42,944 nucleotides of DNA from sequence record SRR31156797_4646; one strand, written 5' to 3'. Within the stretch, counting starts at the first letter, position 1, and each line of letters starts with the position of its first letter. Below, in pieces: positions 19,400 to 29,320 of the stretch. Below the pieces are notes generated by a model. It saw only the letters and a program-made list of their open reading frames with translations. It searched no databases and was not told where the DNA came from. The position numbers and the translations under genes were made by a program.

Positions 19400-21505
19400 A
19401 TGTCAGAATTAGCAGGACTAGACATAAAATTTTTAACAGGAGTTGGTCCTAAAAGGGCAACAATATTAAATCAGGAACTTTCCATATACAGTTACGAAGA
19501 TTTACTGTATCATTTCCCATACAAATACATCGATAGAACCAAGTTTTATCAGATCAACGAGATTCATTCAAAATTACCTTACATACAGGTAAAAGGTAAG
19601 ATAACGGATATAGAAATAATTGGCGAGAAGCGTCAACAAAGATTGGTTGCCTATTTTTCTGATGGACATGGCATAATGGAATTGGTATGGTTCAAGGGAA
19701 TTAAATACATTAAAAACAGTTTTAAACCCGATATAGAATATATTGTTTTTGGTAAGCCTTCTGAGTTTAATCGTAAGGTGAATATTGTACATCCTGAAAT
19801 TGACGAAGTGGATAATAAGAAGGGGAAAATAAATGCATCCTTACAAGCTTTTTATCTCACCACCGAAAAAATGAAAAATAGTTTTTTGAATTCGAGAGCA
19901 ATTCAAAAACTACAAGAAAATGCACTTAAATCTGTTAATGGAAAAATACCAGAAACACTTCCTGCACCATTACTAAAAAAATTAGGTTTAATTAATCTGC
20001 ATGAAGCAATACTACAAATTCATTTCCCTCAAAATGCTGATATTCTAAAAAAAGCACAATACAGATTGAAGTTTGAAGAGTTGTTTTACATACAACTCAA
20101 CATCCTAAAAATGAAAATGAAGCGCAAAGTGCTTTATAAAGGTCATTTATTTGGACAGATAGGAGCTCATTTCAATCAATTTTATAAAAACAATTTACCT
20201 TTCGAATTAACTAACGCTCAAAAAAGAGTAATCAAAGAAATTAGAAAAGATGTTGGCTCTGGTAAACAGATGAATCGCCTACTGCAAGGTGACGTTGGAA
20301 GTGGTAAAACCATGGTTGGATTAATGTGTATGCTTATGGCTCTGGATAATGGATGCCAGGCATGCCTGATGGCGCCGACCGAAATTTTAGCTACTCAACA
20401 TCTTGAAAGTATCACTGAATTCCTTCAGGGAATGAATATTAATGTTGCCTTACTTACCGGATCAACTAAAGTTAAAGATAGAAGAAGAATTCATGAGGAT
20501 CTACAAAGTGGAGAATTACAAATACTCATTGGAACTCATGCACTACTGGAAGATGTAGTACAATTTCACAATTTAGGATTTGTAATTATTGATGAACAAC
20601 ATCGTTTTGGAGTAGCACAACGTGCTCGCTTGTGGAAAAAAAACAACATTCCTCCGCATGTACTAGTAATGACAGCAACACCAATTCCAAGAACTCTGGC
20701 AATGACTCTTTATGGGGATCTGGAAGTATCTGTTATCGATGAATTACCTCCAGGAAGAAAGCCAATACAAACGGTACATTATTTCGAAAACAGACGTCGA
20801 CAAGTTTATGAATTCATGAAAAAACAGATCGACTTGGGCAGACAAATCTATTTAGTTTACCCTATGATTAAGGAATCTGAAAAGATGGATTATAAAAACC
20901 TTGAAGAAGGTTTCGAAAGTATTGCAAACTCATTTCCACCCGAAAAATACGGTATTAGCATGGTTCATGGTAAAATGAAACCTGCAGAAAAGGAAGCTGA
21001 AATGCAAAAATTTGCTCAAGGTGAAACGAAAATAATGGTTGCCACCACCGTTATTGAAGTTGGTGTAAATGTTCCCAATGCATCGGTTATGGTGATAGAA
21101 AGTACCGAACGATTTGGTCTCTCGCAATTGCATCAGCTTAGAGGGCGTGTTGGACGTGGCGCTGAGCAATCCTATTGCATTCTAATGTCATCGTACAAAA
21201 TATCTAACGAATCGCGAAAGCGGATAGAAACTATGGTTAGAACCAACGATGGATTCGAAATTGCAGAGGTAGATTTAAAACTGCGCGGTCCCGGAGATAT
21301 TGAAGGTACGCAGCAAAGTGGTATTTCCTATGATCTAAAAATTGCAAATCTGGGCAAGGATGGACAACTGCTACAATACGCCAGAGATGTCGCTCAGGAA
21401 ATTTTAGATGACGATCCATTGTTAGATAAAGAGGAAAATTTCACTCTTGCCAAACAGGTAAAGCGACTGAGTAAAACCAAAATAAATTGGAGTGTTATAA
21501 GCTAA
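19400..21505 (+). CDS. recG: ATP-dependent DNA helicase RecG
   Basis: GVGPKRA, RLKFEELF, LQGDVGSGKT, DEQHRFG, MTATPIPRT, HQLRGRVGRG, DLKLRGPG. Confidence 0.98.
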   Translation: MSELAGLDIKFLTGVGPKRATILNQELSIYSYEDLLYHFPYKYIDRTKFYQINEIHSKLPYIQVKGKITDIEIIGEKRQQRLVAYFSDGHGIMELVWFKGIKYIKNSFKPDIEYIVFGKPSEFNRKVNIVHPEIDEVDNKKGKINASLQAFYLTTEKMKNSFLNSRAIQKLQENALKSVNGKIPETLPAPLLKKLGLINLHEAILQIHFPQNADILKKAQYRLKFEELFYIQLNILKMKMKRKVLYKGHLFGQIGAHFNQFYKNNLPFELTNAQKRVIKEIRKDVGSGKQMNRLLQGDVGSGKTMVGLMCMLMALDNGCQACLMAPTEILATQHLESITEFLQGMNINVALLTGSTKVKDRRRIHEDLQSGELQILIGTHALLEDVVQFHNLGFVIIDEQHRFGVAQRARLWKKNNIPPHVLVMTATPIPRTLAMTLYGDLEVSVIDELPPGRKPIQTVHYFENRRRQVYEFMKKQIDLGRQIYLVYPMIKESEKMDYKNLEEGFESIANSFPPEKYGISMVHGKMKPAEKEAEMQKFAQGETKIMVATTVIEVGVNVPNASVMVIESTERFGLSQLHQLRGRVGRGAEQSYCILMSSYKISNESRKRIETMVRTNDGFEIAEVDLKLRGPGDIEGTQQSGISYDLKIANLGKDGQLLQYARDVAQEILDDDPLLDKEENFTLAKQVKRLSKTKINWSVIS

Positions 21506-21596
21506 TATTCATATTTTTAAAAACTATCTTTAATTCACGAATTAGGGTGTTCTTACTCTTATTCGGTATATTCACATTAACCATTATCTTACTAAA

Positions 21597-22982
21597 ATGA
21601 AGAAACTATTACTCCTTTCTATCCTTTCCTTATTCATATCTAAAGGAATTATTTTCGCTCAGGAAGACAACAATTTTTATGGATATGATAATTCATTTGA
21701 GAATTTAAGTAATCCTGACTCCATCAGCCTATTTACAGGTGCATTTGCTTTCGCCAGAATTGGTGGTGAAAACTATGCTGGTGCAAGATTTCAACCTGAA
21801 TTAAATTTGGGTAAAGTTGGTGTAGGCTTAGATATCCCGGTCTATTTTAATCTTGAAAATGGAGATTTTTACAGTGATGAACTAAAAAGTGGATCTGGAA
21901 TTCTTCGATTGATTAGTTACGTTCGCTATGGTCGCAAAAAGAAAGATCCTGTTTATATAAAAATGGGTCAACTTCGTGGCGAGAGTATTGGTTACGGAAG
22001 TTTGCTAAACAACTATAATAACTCCCCAAGTTTCGAAAAACGTAAAGTTGGATTGAGTTACGATATCCGTATTAAGAAAGTAGTAGGTATCGAAGGAATG
22101 TATAGCGATTTTAATACCGAATCGTTTAATCTGTTTGCCATTCGACCATATGTTCGCCCATTTGGAGCAAGTGGTATTCCAGTAATTAAAACCCTTGATT
22201 TTGGTTTCACTTATATTAGTGATAAAGATCAAACCGACCGATTTGGTGACAATACAGGTAAAAATGAATTCCTTTCCGACGGAATCAAAGCATATGGTTT
22301 TGATATGGGAATTACCTTTATCAACTCCAGCTTTATCAACCTTACAGGATATGCTCATTTTAGTAAACTTTCTAAGGTAAAATCCGATTCTTTAATAGCG
22401 TATCATCAAAGCATCCCCCCTACACAAGGGTATGGAGCTGGAAAAGGAATGGGTTTAGGCTTAAATGCTAACATGAATGTAATTGGTAATTTCTTTCGTC
22501 TGAATTCTAGAATCGAGAGATTATGGTATACCGATAATTACATGCCTCAATTCTTCGATGCCCATTATGAAATAAACAAGGATACTAAAATTCTTGCGCT
22601 AGGCGATGCCAAAAACAAACAAGGTATTTATGGTTCCTTAACTGCATCAATCATGGATAAATTATTGGTTGGCGGTAATTTACTTTTACCCGATAATGTA
22701 AGCGAAGAAACTCCCGCAACCATGCAATTGAATCTTAAAACAAAGGATTTATTCGATAAAATAATCATAGAAGGATATTACACAAAAGGAAATTTAGTAG
22801 ATTTTAGCGATGCTTTTGAGTTTGATGAAAACTCATTGGCACTAATAAGATTTGCTTATAAAATTAGTCCAATTTTAGTTACAGGTATCGATTATAAATG
22901 GACCTGGAATAAACAGGATTCTGGAGAATACAAAGCTGACAACTCCGTTATGCCATACATCGCACTTCAATTTCAGTTTTAA
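21597..22982 (+). CDS. Uncharacterised exported protein, probable outer-membrane beta-barrel
   Basis: Sec signal peptide (…IIFA-QE); many alternating amphipathic strands; ends PYIALQFQF with a terminal Phe (BAM beta-signal). Confidence 0.65.
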   Translation: MKKLLLLSILSLFISKGIIFAQEDNNFYGYDNSFENLSNPDSISLFTGAFAFARIGGENYAGARFQPELNLGKVGVGLDIPVYFNLENGDFYSDELKSGSGILRLISYVRYGRKKKDPVYIKMGQLRGESIGYGSLLNNYNNSPSFEKRKVGLSYDIRIKKVVGIEGMYSDFNTESFNLFAIRPYVRPFGASGIPVIKTLDFGFTYISDKDQTDRFGDNTGKNEFLSDGIKAYGFDMGITFINSSFINLTGYAHFSKLSKVKSDSLIAYHQSIPPTQGYGAGKGMGLGLNANMNVIGNFFRLNSRIERLWYTDNYMPQFFDAHYEINKDTKILALGDAKNKQGIYGSLTASIMDKLLVGGNLLLPDNVSEETPATMQLNLKTKDLFDKIIIEGYYTKGNLVDFSDAFEFDENSLALIRFAYKISPILVTGIDYKWTWNKQDSGEYKADNSVMPYIALQFQF

Positions 22983-23012
22983 CAACATGTAGTATCTATA
23001 AGTACAACACAA

Positions 23013-23051
23013 AAGCACCTTATTCCTTTTATTAAATGGAATAAGGTGCTT
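23013..23051 (+). terminator. Intrinsic terminator-like hairpin after the barrel gene
   Basis: 14-bp stem AAGCACCTTATTCC / GGAATAAGGTGCTT. Confidence 0.75.
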
Positions 23052-23439
23052 CTTGTATTATAAAACTTTGAATGCCTAGTTATTTATTGATACTCTTTAA
23101 TTTCACTCATAATCAACCATTAAACACTTTACAAGACCTATTTAATTGCTATAAATCCCTAAATATTCTAACAATCGACCAAGTTTAAATAGAAAGCATC
23201 TTTTCTAAACCGGTTGCTGAGAAGCTATAAATCATTCATTTTATTTAAAGACATTCTAAATTACTACGATTGCATAAATAGCTCATATTAGCGATTTTTT
23301 TCTTGAATTGCCCAAACTAACTGTAACCAATAGAGATAGACTAAAAATTGTAATCTCTACTTTGCAAAAGCAAGGAAGTCCCTCTATTTAAACACACTAT
23401 AAATAGACTTTTGCCAGAATAGAATGTGAGCTAAAGTGT

Positions 23440-23447
23440 TATTTTTG
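23440..23447 (+). promoter_or_regulatory. Candidate -7 promoter element of the rseC-rnf operon
   Basis: TATTTTTG matches TAnnTTTG, 90 nt upstream of rseC; no well-spaced -33 TTTG. Confidence 0.45.
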
Positions 23448-23537
23448 TTGCGATGTGTTAAATAATATCCGTTTTCAAACCATTTGAAACACAGATAATA
23501 ACACTCGAAAAGTTCAATACTTAAAGGGAGTAAAAAC

Positions 23538-23966
23538 ATGAGTAATCCCAAACAAATTGATCACGAGGGAACCATTCTTGAAATAGAAGATGGTAAGATT
23601 ACGGTTGGCATCGTAAATATGTCTGCCTGTGCTGGTTGTCATGCAAAAGGTGCTTGCACCATGTCTGATATGAAGGAAAAATCGATTGATGTTATTGATT
23701 ACACAAACCGATTTACAATTGGAGAGAAAGTGAAACTTACCTATCAGGAATCTTTGGGTTGGTTTGCTTTGTTTCTGGCTTACGTTTTGCCATTTGTTTT
23801 GGTACTTCTTACTCTTTTCATTTCAACCGTAATTACAAATAACGAATTAATAAGCGGTCTGCTGGCTTTAGCCATCTTGCTTCCTTATTATATCATATTG
23901 TCCTTTTTTAAAGGGCGTCTTAAGAAAACGTTTTCATTTACTATCGAAAAAATCGTAAATATTTAA
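23538..23966 (+). CDS. rseC: RseC/MucC-family membrane protein
   Basis: HEG..., SACAGCHAKGAC Cys cluster, AYVLPF plus two TM helices; first gene of the rnf operon. Confidence 0.88.
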   Translation: MSNPKQIDHEGTILEIEDGKITVGIVNMSACAGCHAKGACTMSDMKEKSIDVIDYTNRFTIGEKVKLTYQESLGWFALFLAYVLPFVLVLLTLFISTVITNNELISGLLALAILLPYYIILSFFKGRLKKTFSFTIEKIVNI

Positions 23967-23970
23967 TTCT

Positions 23971-24924
23971 ATGAGCATTATAGCTATCACTATTCTGGCT
24001 TTGTGTGCGATTGGCGTTACAGCAGCTATCATACTGTACTTTGTAGCCCAAAAATTCAAAGTGTACGAAGATCCTCGAATCGACGAGGTAGAAGAAGCAT
24101 TACCAGCCGCAAATTGCGGTGGATGCGGTTATCCCGGATGTAGAGGTTTTGCCGAAGCATTGGTAAAAGCCGACGACATTTCAAGTTTTAACTGCCCTGT
24201 AGGTGGGGCGGCAGTAATGTCACATGTTGGTGCCCTTTTAGGACACGAGATCAAAGCAGCAGACCCAACTGTTGCAGTAGTTCGTTGTAACGGGACTTGT
24301 GAAAACCGTCCAAAAACCAATCAGTACGATGGAGCAACTTCATGTACTATTGCTGCATCACTTTACAGTGGTGAAACAGGTTGTCAGCACGGTTGTTTAG
24401 GTCTTGGCGAATGTGTTGATGCATGTAATTTCGATGCCATGTATATGGATAAGGAAACAGGTCTTCCAGTTATTATTGAAGACAAGTGTGTTTCTTGTGG
24501 TGCTTGTGTTAAAGCATGTCCAAACAACATTATCGAACTTCGCAAAAAAGGACCTAAGAGCCGCAGAATCTTTGTTTCCTGTGTAAACAAGGACAAAGGT
24601 GGAGTAGCTAAAAAAGCTTGCTCGGTAGCATGTATCGGATGTCGCAAGTGCGAAAAAGAATGTCCTTTCGATGCAATTACCGTTGAAAACAATTTGGCAT
24701 ATATCGATTACGACAAGTGTAAACTTTGTAGAAAGTGTGTTGTTGTTTGTCCTACAAATGCAATTCACGAATTAAATTTTCCACCACGTAAGGAAAAGCC
24801 AGCTGCAAAGCCAACACCTAAGACAGTTAAACCTGTTGCCAAAGTAGAAGTTGAAGCCGATAAAGCTCCAAAAACAGAGCCTAAAGCCAATAACTCAAAA
24901 GACGAAACATCTGATAACAAATAA
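23971..24924 (+). CDS. rnfB: Rnf complex subunit B (polyferredoxin)
   Basis: N-terminal TM; LPAANCGGCGYPGC; multiple CxxCxxCxxxCP motifs; Pro/Lys/Ala-rich tail. Confidence 0.95.
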   Translation: MSIIAITILALCAIGVTAAIILYFVAQKFKVYEDPRIDEVEEALPAANCGGCGYPGCRGFAEALVKADDISSFNCPVGGAAVMSHVGALLGHEIKAADPTVAVVRCNGTCENRPKTNQYDGATSCTIAASLYSGETGCQHGCLGLGECVDACNFDAMYMDKETGLPVIIEDKCVSCGACVKACPNNIIELRKKGPKSRRIFVSCVNKDKGGVAKKACSVACIGCRKCEKECPFDAITVENNLAYIDYDKCKLCRKCVVVCPTNAIHELNFPPRKEKPAAKPTPKTVKPVAKVEVEADKAPKTEPKANNSKDETSDNK

Positions 24925-24939
24925 ATAGGAGGATAATCA

Positions 24940-26268
24940 GTGTTAAAAACATTTTCATTAGGAGGTATTCATCCAGCTGAAAACAAATTATCAGCAAATA
25001 GCGCAATCCAGGCATTGCCTATACCTCAAATGGTAAGTATTCCAATTTCTCAGCATATTGGTGCACCTGCCACTCCGATTGTAAAAAAGAACGACGAAGT
25101 AAAGGTTGGTCAATTAATTGCCAAATCATCAGGCTTCGTTTCTGCAAATATTCATTCATCTGTTTCGGGAACCGTATTTAAGGTTGACGAAATTATGGAT
25201 GCCAGCGGTTTCCGTCGTCAGGCAATCATCATTAAAGTTGATGGTGACGAATGGTTGGAAGATATCGATCGTAGCGAAGATTTGGTAAAAGAAATCAGCG
25301 CAAGCAAAGAAGAAATTGTAAAAAAAGTTGCCGATGCCGGTATTGTTGGTCTTGGTGGTGCAACTTTCCCTGCTCATGTTAAACTAGCTGTTCCTCCGGG
25401 AAAAACTGCTGAAGTTTTAATCATTAATGCAGTTGAGTGTGAGCCATATCTTACATCTGACCACAGAGTGATGTTGGAAAAAGGTGATGAAGTATTGGTA
25501 GGCACTCAAATATTAATGAAAGCTTTGGATGTTAACAAAGCAATTATTGGTATAGAGAATAACAAACCTGATGCTATAACTCATTTAAGTAAGTTGGCTG
25601 TAAACTATCAAGGAATTGAAATTTGTCCTTTAAAAACTCAATATCCTCAAGGTGGTGAAAAGCAATTAATTTCTGCGACTATCAAGCGTGAAGTTCCATC
25701 GGGAGCTCTTCCAATTGAAGTAGGAGCTGTTGTTCAAAACGTAGGTACTGCTTTGGCAGTTTACGATGCGGTTCAAAAAAACAAACCTCTTATTGAGCGT
25801 GTTGCAACTATTACTGGAAAATCATTACAAACACCTTCGAACTGGATATTCAGAATTGGAACACCTATAAAAGATTTGATCGATGCTGCAGGTGGAATGC
25901 CTGAAGATACTGGTAAAATTGTAGGTGGTGGTCCAATGATGGGTAAAGCACTTACAAGTGTGGATATTCCATTAACAAAAGGTAGTTCTGGTTTATTACT
26001 TCTTCCACGTGAAGAAACTGCTCGTAAATCAACTAAAGCTTGTATCCGTTGTGGTAAATGTGTTTCTGTCTGTCCTATGGGATTGGAACCTTATTTACTA
26101 ATGGTGTGTGCTGACAAGAAAGATTACGAACGTTTGGAAAAAGATGCGGTTATGGACTGTATCGAATGTGGCTCTTGTAGTTTTACTTGTCCTGCAAACC
26201 GTCCTTTATTGGATTACATCCGATTAGGAAAAGGTAAAGTTGGACAAATTATGAGAGCACGTAAATAA
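24940..26268 (+). CDS. rnfC: Rnf complex subunit C (GTG start)
   Basis: GGIHP, QHIGAPA, GIVGLGGATFP, NAVECEPYLTSD, YPQGGEKQ, GGPMMG, CIRCGKCVSVCP, CIECGSCSFTCP. Confidence 0.97.
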   Translation: MLKTFSLGGIHPAENKLSANSAIQALPIPQMVSIPISQHIGAPATPIVKKNDEVKVGQLIAKSSGFVSANIHSSVSGTVFKVDEIMDASGFRRQAIIIKVDGDEWLEDIDRSEDLVKEISASKEEIVKKVADAGIVGLGGATFPAHVKLAVPPGKTAEVLIINAVECEPYLTSDHRVMLEKGDEVLVGTQILMKALDVNKAIIGIENNKPDAITHLSKLAVNYQGIEICPLKTQYPQGGEKQLISATIKREVPSGALPIEVGAVVQNVGTALAVYDAVQKNKPLIERVATITGKSLQTPSNWIFRIGTPIKDLIDAAGGMPEDTGKIVGGGPMMGKALTSVDIPLTKGSSGLLLLPREETARKSTKACIRCGKCVSVCPMGLEPYLLMVCADKKDYERLEKDAVMDCIECGSCSFTCPANRPLLDYIRLGKGKVGQIMRARK

Positions 26269-26340
26269 TTGCCAATTATATATGAGTAATTTAAGAATAC
26301 TCATTCACACATTTACAAATAAACTAATTAACAAATAGAT

Positions 26341-27336
26341 ATGAACACCAAAGTACTTGTCGCACCATCTCCACATGTTCACAGTGGAGATTCCATACAA
26401 AAAAACATGTATGGAGTGGTATTTGCGATGCTTCCGGCGCTACTATTTTCGTTCTTTTACTTTGGATTAGGTGCACTAGTTGTTACCCTAACCGCCGTAG
26501 CATCATGTTATTTATTCGAATTTTTAATCTCCAAATATCTACTTAAAACCGAACCAACAATTAACGATGGTTCAGCTTTAATAACTGGTATTCTTTTAGC
26601 ATTTAACGTACCATCAAATCTTCCAATCTGGATTATTATAATTGGTGCATTGGTTGCCATTGGTATTGGTAAAATGACTTTTGGAGGATTAGGAAACAAT
26701 TTATTCAATCCTGCATTGGTTGGACGTGTATTCCTTTTGATCTCATTCCCTGTACAAATGACCAGCTGGCCAAAACCTGCAGGTTTATCATCAGGTTATA
26801 TCGATGTTGAAACCGGAGCTACTCCTCTTGCCATTATTAAGGAGGGCTTAAAAAATGGTGAGCCATTATCTAAGCTAATGGGTGATATCCCATCAAATAT
26901 GGATCTGTTTTTAGGTAATATGGGAGGTTCAATGGGTGAAATTGCTGGTGCTGCCTTAATCCTTGGATTAATATACATGCTAATTAAGAAAATTATCACC
27001 TGGCACATTCCTGTTTCTGTAATTGGAACGGTAGCTATTCTTTCTGGTATTCTAAATCTAGCTAGTCCTGAAGCTTATGCTGGTCCATTATTCCACATTT
27101 TAACTGGTGGTTTACTATTGGGAGCAATTTTTATGGCAACAGATTACGTCACCTCTCCAATGTCTAACAAAGGGATGATTATTTACGGTATTGGTATTGG
27201 ATTATTAACCGTTGTAATTCGTGTATTTGGAGCTTATCCTGAAGGTGTTTCATTTGCAATTCTTATTATGAATGCATTTGTTCCACTAATTAATGTGTAT
27301 GTTAAACCTAAGCGTTTCGGCGAAAAAAGGAAATAA
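26341..27336 (+). CDS. rnfD: Rnf complex subunit D
   Basis: SPH, FGGLGNNLFNPALVGR, FMN-attachment TGATPL, FMATDYVTSP, YPEGVSFAILIMN. Confidence 0.97.
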   Translation: MNTKVLVAPSPHVHSGDSIQKNMYGVVFAMLPALLFSFFYFGLGALVVTLTAVASCYLFEFLISKYLLKTEPTINDGSALITGILLAFNVPSNLPIWIIIIGALVAIGIGKMTFGGLGNNLFNPALVGRVFLLISFPVQMTSWPKPAGLSSGYIDVETGATPLAIIKEGLKNGEPLSKLMGDIPSNMDLFLGNMGGSMGEIAGAALILGLIYMLIKKIITWHIPVSVIGTVAILSGILNLASPEAYAGPLFHILTGGLLLGAIFMATDYVTSPMSNKGMIIYGIGIGLLTVVIRVFGAYPEGVSFAILIMNAFVPLINVYVKPKRFGEKRK

Positions 27337-27338
27337 TC

Positions 27339-27947
27339 ATGGCTGGTAAAAAAGAATCTACATTTATAAATATGGTTCTTGTGTTATTCATTGTAACACT
27401 TGTAGCCTCGGCAGCCTTAGGTGGACTATACGAGTTAACCAAGGAGCCAATTGCAGCAGCTAAGCTTGCAAAAAAATTAAAAGCGATTAAAGCAGTCGTG
27501 CCTGAATTCGATAACAACCCGAGTGACGAAATGTATTCAGTTGATATGCCTAGTGGCGATAAGCTTGAATTCTATCCTGCAAAGAAAGGGAACGAATTAG
27601 TTGGTACTGCTGTGAAAACGTATACAACCAATGGTTTCTCAGGATATATCTGGATTATGGTTGGCTTTAAACCTGATGGCAGCATTAATAATTACTCAGT
27701 ATTGGAACACAAAGAAACTCCAGGTTTGGGTACTAAAATGGAACCTTGGTTTAAAACTATTGATCCTGCCAAATCTAAGTGCAGTATTTTAGGAAAAAAC
27801 CCTGGTACTGCAAACTTAACGGTTAGTAAAGATGGTGGTGATGTTGATGCTATTACAGCGGCAACTATTAGTTCACGAGCTTTTTTGGAAGCTGTACAGA
27901 CTGCATACAATGAGTACTCAAAACAAATGGAAGGAGGAACCAAGTAA
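27339..27947 (+). CDS. rnfG: Rnf complex subunit G
   Basis: N-terminal TM; ETPGLG; FMN-binding DAITAATISS. Confidence 0.95.
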   Translation: MAGKKESTFINMVLVLFIVTLVASAALGGLYELTKEPIAAAKLAKKLKAIKAVVPEFDNNPSDEMYSVDMPSGDKLEFYPAKKGNELVGTAVKTYTTNGFSGYIWIMVGFKPDGSINNYSVLEHKETPGLGTKMEPWFKTIDPAKSKCSILGKNPGTANLTVSKDGGDVDAITAATISSRAFLEAVQTAYNEYSKQMEGGTK

Positions 27948-28531
27948 TGACTAATAAAGAAAATTTCTTAAAAGGCTTTTTTAAAGAAAATGCTGTTTTT
28001 ACTCTATTGTTGGGTATGTGTCCTGCACTTGGAGTAACTTCTTCTGCTATCAATGGTTTGGGAATGGGATTAGCTACTACTTTCGTACTAATCATGTCTA
28101 ACCTTGTTATTTCATTGGTAAGCTCTCAAATTCCTGATAAAGTAAAGATACCGTCATTTATTGTCATTATTGCATCCTTTGTAACAATGGTTGATTTAAT
28201 TATGGCAGGTTATGTACCGGCCTTACACGAACAATTGGGTGTATTTATCCCCTTAATTGTTGTAAACTGTGTAGTATTAGGTCGTGCGGAAGCATTTGCT
28301 TCAAAAAACAAATTGGTTCCTTCAATCATCGATGGATTAAGTATGGGACTGGGTTTTGCAATGGCTTTAACCATGTTAGGTGCCGTTCGTGAATTTTTAG
28401 GTGCTGGTAAAATGTTTGGTATTACAATTTTTAGCGAAAATTACGGTATGTTGATTTTTGTATTGGCACCTGGAGCATTTATTGCGTTAGGATACTTAAT
28501 TGCATTTATTAACAAACTTAGAAAAGCTTAA
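27947..28531 (+). CDS. rnfE: Rnf complex subunit E
   Basis: [31 protein letters not shown]. Confidence 0.96.
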   Translation: MTNKENFLKGFFKENAVFTLLLGMCPALGVTSSAINGLGMGLATTFVLIMSNLVISLVSSQIPDKVKIPSFIVIIASFVTMVDLIMAGYVPALHEQLGVFIPLIVVNCVVLGRAEAFASKNKLVPSIIDGLSMGLGFAMALTMLGAVREFLGAGKMFGITIFSENYGMLIFVLAPGAFIALGYLIAFINKLRKA

Positions 28532-28542
28532 GGAGGAAAACT

Positions 28543-29115
28543 ATGGAATTTATTGTAATTATTATATCTGCGATATTTGTTAATAATGTAGTATTGATGC
28601 AATTCCTTGGAATTTGTCCTTTCCTTGGTGTTTCTAAAAAAGTATCTACTGCAGTTGGTATGACAGGAGCCGTTACCTTCGTTATGATTCTGGCGACTAT
28701 TGTTACTTACCTGATTCAAAACTATATTCTAAATCCATATGACATTGGATTTATGCAAACCATAACCTTTATTCTAGTAATTGCTTCTTTGGTGCAATTG
28801 GTAGAAATTATTTTGAAAAAGGTGAGTCCTGCACTCTATCAAGCATTGGGAGTATTTCTTCCTTTGATTACTACAAACTGTGCAATTCTTGGTGTAGCCA
28901 TTATGACCATTCAAAAAGATTACAACTTGCTTGAAGCTGTTGTTTTCTCTGGTGCTTCGGCAATTGGTTTTGGCTTGGCTCTTGTATTGTTTGCTGGTTT
29001 ACGTGAACATCTTGATTTAGTTGAACTTCCTAAAGGTATGAAAGGTACTCCTGCAGCTCTTATTGTAGCTGGATTACTAGCAATGGCTTTTATGGGATTT
29101 TCCGGAATTGTATAA
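28543..29115 (+). CDS. rnfA: Rnf complex subunit A
   Basis: [37 protein letters not shown]. Confidence 0.96.
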   Translation: MEFIVIIISAIFVNNVVLMQFLGICPFLGVSKKVSTAVGMTGAVTFVMILATIVTYLIQNYILNPYDIGFMQTITFILVIASLVQLVEIILKKVSPALYQALGVFLPLITTNCAILGVAIMTIQKDYNLLEAVVFSGASAIGFGLALVLFAGLREHLDLVELPKGMKGTPAALIVAGLLAMAFMGFSGIV

Positions 29116-29141
29116 ATCAAAATCAAATCATTATATTTCAT

Positions 29142-29169
29142 AGGCAGCTCATTTAGAGCTGCCTTTTTT
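29142..29169 (+). terminator. Rho-independent terminator of the rnf operon
   Basis: AGGCAGCTC-ATTTA-GAGCTGCCT followed by a T run. Confidence 0.9.
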
Positions 29170-29320
29170 GTTGAATAAAATACTCTCTACGTAAGCAATA
29201 ATAAGCCCTTAATCAAAAATCTTGTGTAAATCCATAAGAATAACTAACTTAGGAATGAAAGCAACTCAATGTGGCTCTAATCAACCACTAATTACACACT
29301 AAATAACACGTTGAAGCTAA

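Noticed and set aside
22983..23537. CRISPR array, tRNA or known riboswitch in the long intergenic region
   Set aside because: No spaced direct repeats, no cloverleaf or T-loop motif, no recognisable aptamer consensus
24781..24924. Low-complexity Pro/Lys/Ala/Glu tail of RnfB as an extra domain
   Set aside because: Disordered tails are common on RnfB and there is no repeat unit or motif
26269..26340. ATGAGTA/TACTCAT hairpin and weak 8-nt periodicity between rnfC and rnfD
   Set aside because: Short AT-rich stem, no U tract, within chance expectation
23538..29115. Gene order rseC-rnfBCDGEA as unusual
   Set aside because: This is the standard Bacteroidia arrangement
24129..29141. Antisense ORFs across the rnf genes, some Cys- or Pro-rich
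   Set aside because: Mirror-frame artefacts of codon bias in conserved genes
29222..29238. TTGTGTAAATCCATAAG as a Rex operator
   Set aside because: Only one half-site resembles TTGTGAA; the second arm does not match
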